Shown one piece after another: positions 54,133-64,000 of a DNA stretch of 64,000 nucleotides. The stretch is from Catajapyx aquilonaris (lineage: Eukaryota), in NCBI GenBank assembly GCA_000934665.2, contig JYFJ02001098.1, forward strand, positions 1 to 64,000, read 5' to 3'. The notes beneath the pieces are model-generated. The model was given only the letters and a program-made list of their open reading frames with translations, did no database searches and was not told the DNA's origin. The position numbers and the translations under genes were made by a program. Within the stretch, counting starts at the first letter, position 1. Each line of letters opens with the position of its first letter.

Positions 54133-55010
54133 ATGCCGTCTCCAGAAAGTGTCTGTGCTGGTATCAGTCTTTATTATGCATCTCACGCCATCTTGGTCGT
54201 GTACCTGGTAAGTGAGAAATATATTGAAACTCTTTTGATTGTACTTTGTCCAACCCGTAGTATGATCTAAATCGCGGATGTTTTAATAATAAGTTGATTT
54301 TTGTATTACACATGTTAGAAAAATTACAGAAGAAAAAAATTGCTTGCTCATTAAACGCCCTCGTATACAACTCATTACATCAATGCTTTTAATATATGAA
54401 AGAAACATAACTTAATTATTATTTGAAGATATTTAGCTTGCTGCTGGGTCTGGGGTCTATATACGGCCTGGTAGTCTTTGAGGATGAAATTTCGCAAAAA
54501 GTTCGCCAGGAAGCTTCAGAAGACGTGGACATCGAGATGCGCATTAAGGGTATGCTGCCTGCCAATCCTGTATGTAGTTGCAATATATTAGTCATACAAT
54601 GGTTAATCTTTCATTAGTGATCTTCTACATGCTTCTTGTTGGACTTGGAATAGCCATCATCAACTTCATCACCTCATATTTGTATCACTACTCAACGGTC
54701 AAGGTATACATGCGACAAATATAGGAAAAATCTTAAGGGATAATAACCAAAATATTTGTTTTTTCAGATTAAATCAGGATTCATGGTTCCCTGCATTGTC
54801 ATTTTTCTACTCGAATGGCTTCTATTCGCAGGAATTTTCATTACCCTGGCAGTAAAAAGAATTCATATGGCGGCAGCAGTAGCATGTCTAATGTGGATGA
54901 CTCCAATTTGGATATACGGTTTCATAGTCCTTTTTGCTGCCCACCAGCACATGCTTAATTGCGAAGCATTGGTGGATTTTTACATGATGTATTACGGACA
55001 GAACGTGTAA
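54133..55010 (+). CDS. T14: divergent four-TM family protein without the Cys cluster, 174 aa
   Basis: Exons 54133-54207, 54429-54549, 54618-54703 (86 nt), 54768-55010. Confidence 0.87.
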
Positions 55011-57157
55011 TAAATCTCTGTTTCCAAGCTGACTGATGCATTTTTAAAAAGCACTTTCTAAAAACTTGTACTAAAAAGGATATATTGGTGAATACCAGCC
55101 ACAACGACTTAAAAGACTAAAAACAACGACTCCATATGAACTGTTTCAACCCCTTGAAATAGTGGACTTGGCTGCTATCGGACCTCCATTGACCGTGAGT
55201 TAAAAGCATGTTGATAAATTCTTGTCTCGCAATAATAAACAACATGGGGCCATAACAAGTGCACTGCACTTAATTTCTTGCATAAACATATTTGGTCGTC
55301 TAATTTTGATCAATTGTTTCCGCCGCCATGCTGCATAGGAAAGCAGGGCACTGTACGTGTTATTTTCCCGTGAACCTAGTCCTGGCTATACTCCAAATAC
55401 CCTTGGGAATAAATACCCCCGGTGCAACACATGTGCTATTTGGCACCGTCTTCAGATTGGCGATAGGTATTTGCGACCTCGAGACACCCAATTTTTGGTT
55501 CCGTTTTCTTGGAACCATGGCGTACAATGTTACATCGTTTATGCTTATGGTTAGAAAATACAAGCAAAGTTTGTCGATACAGATTCGACACTACTCTTAT
55601 AGGTGTTCTGACAAATTATTCAGGCATGACGTTTCCGGCGTGTACCGCGTTGCCAGGTTTAGTGATGAACCGGTGTAATTGCATAAAAATGAAAGGTCAT
55701 TGGTACAGTACTGGAGGTAAGCCAGTAATAACACTTGTTTCGATGCACCATGCTGTGATGTTGGATGGACAAACCGACCTACCCTGACCTATCGAGCATT
55801 GAGGATTTGACCTGAATTACACGTCAGGTTCGCCCACATGAAGTGCAGGGCTACCAGCCACTCCAGGAGACGAACCTCTAGAGAAAATTGACACAACAAT
55901 ACACCTGAATATGTAACGCATTATTGCAGACCTTTAACCTTGTACCTTTTGGCTCATATCAAGTGAAGCCTGCAAGTTTGTGCCATTATTAGAATTTAAG
56001 CAGGGATTCGGCGAGAGGAGGAGGGATGGGGGAGATGGGGGGGGGAGTGAGGAAGAGAGACCTTAGGGATGGCATAGTCTATTTCAGAATTTGGGTGTGT
56101 CTGTGTAAGAGGGTTAAGGAAGCCCAAGAAGTGTGGAAGTGTTGATCTTGTAAGATCACTTCGCCCAATAAGGTAAGGCTGGTTTGTTTTTTTCCAACTA
56201 ATTTTTTTGGAGGGCATACGGATATGATTTTGATTTGGCTCAGTCAGTACAACATTCTCCTGAGAGCGAATTTGGAAGCTACCATAATATCCAGTGAAGT
56301 GTTAAATAAATTACCATTTTTGCAAACCTTTGAGGGCAGGTATTACTGAAATGATGTAACATAAGTATGCTACCTGAGGAGCAGCATATTGGCTAGTGTA
56401 TTAAACAATAGAGTTTTACATAGGAGTTTAGACGAATCAAAAAGGCTACTTTCATATTATAGGATATTACACTGCCCTAACTGTTGGGTTGTAAAAATAA
56501 ATCATTGTAAACACAGAATAATGCATTCCAGATCATGTAACTTATAACCTACATATGCATTGCTTATTGTATGAGATAACAGATTTATAGGCATACACTG
56601 AGCAATAACTTAAATGAGCCAGATGTTCGTATGTTGCTGCTCATATTAATGCGAATAATGATCTAAACTGGATCGTGTTATGTTTACGGAGAATAATTAC
56701 AAATTCTTTGTACTGTATCGCAGTTAAGAGCTGTATAATGAGTGTCTGTCCTTATTAAAAATTTAAAAAAAAGCTCAGTCACTTTGCCACCTTTTACCAA
56801 TGCAGAAACGAATACCATGCAGCAGTTATGCTGTCCAGAATAATATACTACCACCAGCAGAAATAGCGCCAACACATTTTTCAGTCACCCACAAGGTAAC
56901 GAGCACGTTGGGCCAGCAAAGCAAAACATTACGACTAGATACATCTGTTATTCTTACTGTTGTCCCATAGTAACAGCGACATTATGTGACATGTTTCTAT
57001 AGATGTCAGCACGTCTTCGTAAGCGCATGCTGTTGTGTATAGACATCGAACAGAGCAGTACAATGCATATGAGAATAAATACATAGCAAATCCAAGGTTC
57101 TGTTTGTTCACTTCCAGGTACGAAGTGCACTGCTGCCTGATACACGAGAGAGTCAAG

Positions 57158-57869
57158 ATGGCAATCCTCAACAGCTGCTGTTTTTGCTGCACCACCCGCA
57201 CAGGAACCCTCATTTTGGGAATATCCTCGCTGGTAAGTGTCATTAAGTAATGCTATCGGACTACAGATACAACTACTAATCTTTCCACACAAGATTGGAG
57301 CCATAATAGGAACCTGCGCGATGATATTGTTCTTCATCAGCTGGGGAATGATCAAAGAGGAAATAATTGATATGCATAATAAGGACCCGAAGTTAGCTCA
57401 TGAGGACATAGACATGACCATTAACGGTTTGTAAAGTATAATGTCATCCGAAAATTCGAAGCACTACAATCTAATTTCGATTTCAGTTTTGCTGGGAATT
57501 GGTATCTTCTTTTTGGTACTGTTTGTCCTGCACGTTCTAATCGCTTCTCTGCTCATTCATGGAGTTAGAAAGGTAGGTCCAATTCTGCATGTTATATTAA
57601 TGTTATGATTAATAATTGGTAATGTTATCTTTCAGATGATCGCCGGTATGCTTATCCCGTACTTGGTGTTCATGGTTCTCGGACTAATCTTCATGATAAT
57701 CAGCGCCGTTCTGGGGATAGTTTACGCGAAGCAGACAGTCGTGGGCATTGTCGGCATGGTATTGGATATACTACTGTCCATCTACTTCTTCCTGGTGGTC
57801 CTGTCCCACTACCAGGAGCTGAGGGACCGCCAGGGACGGATCGGAGTCCCAACTGACAGCAAGTTCTAA
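57158..57869 (+). CDS. T15: four-TM family protein, 175 aa
   Basis: Exons 57158-57232 (MAILNSCCFCCTTRTG), 57294-57426, 57487-57572 (86 nt), 57636-57869 (..VPTDSKF*). Confidence 0.93.
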
Positions 57870-60309
57870 AAAAAGAGACTCGGATTGCTTTGAGTGCATA
57901 TTTCTCGCCGGGAGATGGCATTGGCTTACTCAACCTGGCCTTGCCATCCAGTGGCTTTGTTTATTAGCGTCAGAAAGTGAACAAAAAAAATAATTTGCAA
58001 TTGTAATTGCAACAGTCTATTTCTCGCATACATGTGAAGTGTTGCCGCTTATCTGGTTAAATTATTCACGTAGCATTTTATACTATTGCTCCGTGCACGA
58101 TTATTTCGTTTGAGTTGAAGAACTGTAATTTCTTCAGTTATTGTGATCGTTTTGTAAAAAAAGAAATTGTAGCAGCATGTTTTTTTTGAACATTTTCTTC
58201 GTATATTCTCAGACTATGATATAAAATGCTTGAAACGAAGTTTTAAAAAAGCTTCTGTTCTTTACAATGCATTTTTTAAAAGAGAAATCTTCTGGTCCCT
58301 TTGCATTTGAATACTTTGGAAATGTGACCCTGATCATTCTACAACTCTGCTTATATACCTTCTATATACAATATACTTTTACACTACCTCGTGGGGAACA
58401 GACCACATTTCAGGGTACAATAAACAAAAATATTCTCACGCAATGCAATTTAAATAATTTCTCCCGGCGCGGCGTATAGGAAAACAAGTTGTTAAAAATA
58501 TATCTCTAACTACAGGACCAGCTGCACTGTCAGGTTATCAATAATATTTATGTCTGGTGCAACACTATATTATCATTGTTGGGAAATATCAAAAGTATAA
58601 AATAAATGAAAACCCATCGCAATTAAATTGTAATTAATATTAATTAATAACATTGTATGGGTTGACACTATAACGGGTCAGAATGGGGTAAAAGAAATAA
58701 AAAAATTAATAACATGGACACAGTCCAACTAAAATTAATAATAATCAAAATAAAAATATTACCGTATTCAAACAATAATGCTCCCGACCTATAGTGCAGC
58801 CAGCTCTTAGTCATTAAGTTTTACAATTAAATTTTGGCCAAAATTTATAACGTTCTTTAACACAGGCGTTAAATATAGACCAACAGGTGTCGTTGCCACC
58901 GTCCTGCTTCATTGCACATCCCTCAATATATAAAAAAAAGTTGAGTTGTATATACACCGGCAAATCCTCCTCCCTGTAAACTCATTAACTGCAAGCCGGT
59001 TTGGCATGAGTCCAGCCTATATCCTTGGTTCATTCGACGTGTGTGTGTGTCACATTGTATGATACACACATGCATCGCGTTCACCTTGTCACGGTTTTTT
59101 GGGTCCGACCTACATGCCAAAGAGCAAATTGCCTCAGCATCACATCAACTGACTTGCTCATTTAGCATCCCACGCTATTGGCACCAATATGCACACATAC
59201 TGTACAGGTTAGCTCAGAATCTTTGTGCTTACGTGTGCCGCGTCTTCAGGAAGTCTGCCGTAATAAATTCCTGATTGTCTAGGAACATTGCGGCGATGTT
59301 GCCGGATGGAACTACGCAAAAAAAAACAATATATAGTGGGTGTGTTCGTGTGTATATATTTTTTTCCGCATCGTCTAAAAAAAGCGTCCTTGAGTTTGAG
59401 TATATACCGACCTTGTAGATCACAGTGCGATCCATAAATACTCTCTCAAGAAATCGGTTGTAGACCAGAAAAATTTGTACACGTTTTATACCCCGGAAAA
59501 TAAAAGTTGATATGCAGAGTCTGAGATTAAAGAGGACAGAAATGTTATTTATTTATTGTACAAGAGATGGTAAATCATTTGACTGACAATCCATAAATCC
59601 GGATTTACCTGGATTCACTGAATAAATCCAAATGATTCGTGTCAGATTCATGCAAATTTCTTTGTGGTGGTAACTTTCATAATATGCACAATGAACAAAT
59701 TGGCGTTACTACCTTTGCTGTTCTGACTACGGCGCAAGCGCACAGCTGCCCTTTTTTGGTGAAAAGAAGGCGGGGATTCAAGTTGTGAGAGCTTGGCTTG
59801 CATGGTTCACTACTTCACTTGGTACAGTTGGTAGTTGGGCGAGTGTGCAGGTGGAAAAAGGGGGTGAAACCTGTTGTGGTGAGTCACTTTTTTGTGTGCA
59901 TGTGTGTTGCTCTCTACGTTGCAAAAGTTTTCCCTTATTTTCACCACTCGAGAGCCGTTAGTATTTTCCAAATCCGACGTTGTTAACTGTTAAATCATGA
60001 TTAGTTACCAGTGAGTAGCACTGTCTATTGTTGTTAGTCATCCTGTTTGATGTGCGTATATATTTTTGATCTATGAGGGGTTAAAATCTTAATCGGGTTA
60101 CCTGCGGTTTGCTGAGTTCGAGGTTGTTAGTCAACCCTTTCGCTGGCGATGATGTCATTCTTCGGAAGGTTTTTACTACAGTTGGATGGCTATCTTTCCG
60201 GCAGGAGTCTCTGTACAGAGTTGCCACGTTTCTTTGGAGGGCACCTGTTTGCATTGTTTCATTCACTTTGATAGTTTTCAGACCTTGTGAGGTATACTAC
60301 TGAACGAAA

Positions 60310-61224
60310 ATGCCGCTTCTCAACACGTGTTGTTGCTGCTTCTCGACGCGTACGGGCACCCTCATCATCGGGATAATGAGTCTGGTATGTTGTAGTCATA
60401 ATGGAAGGTGCGGGCTGTACGTGTAATGATTTTTTTAAATGCTAGATTACGAGTATCCTGGGAGCTGTTGCATCTGTGGCGATTTGGGTATCCTGGGAAT
60501 ACATCTCGAAAGAAGTGAGGAAGAACCCTCCAGCTGATGTGGACGTCGAGGAACTTCTCAACTGTAAGTTAGCCCTTTCTATTTGACCTTCTCAAAACGC
60601 GATGCACATTCCCAGCGATAAGCTGACTGCATCATGCAATATGCCATGAAGTACAAAAATGGCTAACATATGTGCAAGCTAATGAATTATTTATAAATTC
60701 CAATTTCCTTGTTGAATTGCAACAAATACCGGGTGGCGCATAGCCCAAGTGAAGCGTTTGTGAAAGAAAAAAAATTATTTATTATTTTTGACAGGTACTA
60801 AAATAGAGTGGCTAATGCAATATTATTGGGTTTTCGCAGTTGTTCGCATATCAGTCATCGTATTCCTGGTGATGTGTGTAATAGCAATCATCATCACATC
60901 CATGCTCATCCATGGTGTCAGGAAGGTAAGTCTCATTACTACTGTAATTTAATAAGTAATTGTTCTAACTTGTGAAACCCCCATTGACAGATGAAACCAG
61001 GACTGTTGCTGCCTTACATTGTGTTAAGCGTGATTTGCATGATCCTGGCCGTGGTCTTCAATGTCTACCTGATGATCAATGGGAAGAGAACCATCACTGG
61101 GATAGTCAATATCTGCGTCGGAACCCTTGTCAGCATCTACTACATCCTGGTGGTCTACTCCCACTACCAGGAATTGCGCAACAGAGAAGGAAGAATGAGT
61201 GTGCCCACGGATAGCAAGTTCTAA
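60310..61224 (+). CDS. T16: four-TM family protein, 170 aa
   Basis: Exons 60310-60384, 60446-60563, 60840-60925 (86 nt), 60991-61224 (..VPTDSKF*). Confidence 0.93.
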
Positions 61225-63932
61225 GAGACTCTGAAGGGCGACAATTTGCTATTACTTTGCTTCAATATACACTCTGCTGCTATGCATTTTGAAAGAAAAA
61301 AAAATTATTCGTGAATTTGCGGATATCGAGGGCACAGATAATGTAGGAGCACATTTTTTTATGCGACCAAAATTATTGCGCAATAGTTATGAAAAAACCA
61401 CTTGGTAGTTGCAGGTAAATATTTTAAGGAAATATACGTTAGGCGTGATTGAGATTTCTTGCACATTCCAAAAAACATGCCATGAACTATTCTGTAAGAG
61501 TTGTGTGTGTATTGTGGGAGTCATAAGTAAGCAACAAACATAATTAGTGCCTTTTTGCATGTGATCAGGAAAAATATCAACAGTTTTTGATACGTTAATT
61601 AAGCGGAAAATACTAGAATGAAACCAGTTTGAAGGCCATTCCCACTACTCTTGACACCCACAATATGACAGGATTATATTTTGATAAACATTCCATTGCC
61701 CTTGACTGATGTCTTGTGTGCTTTATTGAGTTATACTCTTTATGATGTATAAATTGTAGCTCTTGATGTGGATTTTTTCATACATTATATACCCTGTTTG
61801 TACGTCTTTAAAATACATTCCTTTGAAATCATTTCATGCATTTTACGTCCACAGATGGTATTTGATACTCACAATAAATTATCATATTTTTGGCTGTTTA
61901 CAATGTGTCAAAAAAAATTAATGCAAACATTTTATGCCAATTGCATTCTAAAGTCACTTGACATGTGAACTTTTGCATGTGTTCTACATTTAGGGGGAAT
62001 GCCCCGCCCTTTCCTGGAGGTCAGGGAACTACTTTTTTGACCTCTACAAAGCATGAAAGAGTCTCTTATTTATTGCCGGAAATTAGGTTTGCGAATGAAG
62101 TGATACATGACATACCAGTACCTATATCAGGCCTGCATATATGCAATACAAAGCCGGCTACATGGAGCTGGTCCAATATTGTCCTACAGGAAATATCATC
62201 ACAATAATTATTAAGAGTAAAGATTAAATAACACAAATGATCACGTGGCATGAGCAATAAAAAATGGCAACATAAATTATTGGAAGGATATCCTAACAAT
62301 GAGACAATAAATCAAACCATTTTGTTCCGATGTACAGTTACCATTTTGTCTATTTGGCTACTAATCATGCCAGTTAGTGTCAGTATATGCACATAATTAT
62401 GCTACATATATTCCGTTAAAATACAGTTATATAACAGGTGCTCAGAATTTTGATCATGGACAGATTGGACTAAAGTGCGCAAATTATAAAATAAAATTGG
62501 AATAATTTGACTAAAGAATGATGCTTTTAATCTACAAGCAGTAATAATGTTATCTATATGACCACGCTTCAAGGAAAATAGTGGTTAGTCTTTAGAGAAC
62601 CACAATGAACCGCAGAACAGGAGGAGTTATCTTGGGTACATGATGTAATGAGCTCTAGAGAAAAGTGGCCTGGCAATTGGATATCTAATCACTAATATTA
62701 ATCACTGCTGACCCTTAGGGTGACAATTTCACTCCTACATCATCTTTCTGGGAATTGAGTGTATATCATATTATTTTAGCAAAGTGTCATTTTTTTACTG
62801 GCACTGTGTGACACTAATTATAATTTGCGTACTGAACAATCTGGAAGTTTTTGCATAGTTCAGGGAACAACGAATGACAATCGTAATTAAAATACATGTA
62901 ATTGTCGCAGTGAGTATAGCATTGGAGGCGGATGTCAGGTATTACTATCAGAAACTATTTTTTTGCTACAAGGATGGAAATAAATTAGGCTACTATTGAC
63001 CATCAATAATAAGTATTTTGTAGAAGTTTTCATCAAATTGGAAGTTTTCATTATAACTACTCAATTCTTACATCAATTTGTAGCACATTCACTGCTGCAC
63101 TAACAGTACAGATTTGCAACAGTGGCATACAAGTTAGGTATATGACTACTACTGTAAGTTATGTGGCCAAAATGATAAATTATCTTATAGAACAATTTAA
63201 GCTATGCGATCATAAAGAGGAATGTGCTGGGAGAAAGCTTTTGCTCCAAGTATAAGCAGCAGATTGGGCTTCGGCTAATCGCTATCGGGATCACTTATAC
63301 AGTATATTATACATCGCAATCTGCCTCCCCCATATGCCAGTGGATATCGAGTGAGTGCAGACGTGCTGGATACACGTACTTACACACAGTCTACAGAACA
63401 CAAACACGAGAGAGGTAAGTCTTTTGCTTGTAAAAATACTATATTTACATCCATCCAATGCAATGTTTCGAATATGATAATATTCTAAACACATGTTGGA
63501 GATTAATCGAGTACAGTACACTTTGCTGACTTGTGTGTGGCGTTGTTATGGCATGCTTATACAATAATAAAAGTAACACATTTGATTCAAAATCGTGTGA
63601 AGTAACGAACATGCAGAGTACATAGGAACGGCAGTAGAGTACAATCATCTTTACGTCACTGATATTAATAAGGAGAGATTACTGTCCCATAAATATCGCG
63701 TCACTTGTAGCTTTCTGGCAGCTGTAAATTTCTTGCATGTGTACGCTGCACTTAAGTAAGCTACATGTTGACAGGGTCTGATTAATCTTATTGCTCCTGT
63801 ACGTCTCTTTCCTCCAACGTGTAACTTACACGAGTTCGCCAAGTTACATGAACAGAGCAATCAAAATTTCGCCTGACACTCTCAAAAATCGACAGATTAT
63901 ATTATTTTTTCTTACAGATTTTTCAGTTCCAG

Positions 63933-64000
63933 ATGGTGCGCTTAAATTCGTGTTGCTTTTGCTGCTCTACGCGCACAGGCTCATTAATTTTAGGATCATG
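63933..64000 (+). CDS. T17: first coding exon of another family member, truncated by the window end
   Basis: MVRLNSCCFCCSTRTGSLILGS.. preceded by a polypyrimidine acceptor. Confidence 0.85.
   Translation, partial: MVRLNSCCFCCSTRTGSLILGS

Noticed and set aside
6641..64000. The array as one gene with mutually exclusive exon clusters (Dscam-like)
   Set aside because: Each unit has its own ATG exon and stop-containing last exon, so these are separate genes. The shared phases would permit chimeric splicing, but nothing in the sequence shows it.

Overview
This is eukaryotic, intron-rich animal genomic DNA with short GT-AG introns, most likely from an arthropod (inferred from the gene families and repeat types), so the ORF track shows only exon fragments. 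The window opens with a decayed P-element/THAP9-type transposase fragment and a fold-back element, followed by a complete 9-exon glutamine-dependent NAD+ synthetase (NADSYN1, minus strand, 2709-5840). From 6.6 kb to the window end runs one uninterrupted tandem array of about 20 paralogous small membrane-protein genes, reconstructed by hand from splice sites. Seventeen are four-TM genes (T1-T17, T17 truncated by the window edge; they resemble DUF4728/LAPTM4-like tetraspan proteins). Three are highly diverged 5-exon genes with about 6 TMs (L1-L3). All share one exon blueprint with intron phases 0,1,0 and an almost invariant 86-nt exon 3, despite very low protein identity. The array shows birth-and-death evolution: a recent ~5-kb segmental duplication, a gene destroyed by a microhomology deletion, a SINE in only one duplicate, two precise intron losses, and mostly amino-acid-changing divergence between the youngest paralogs. 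Exon coordinates and TM counts were read by eye; no database search was run.
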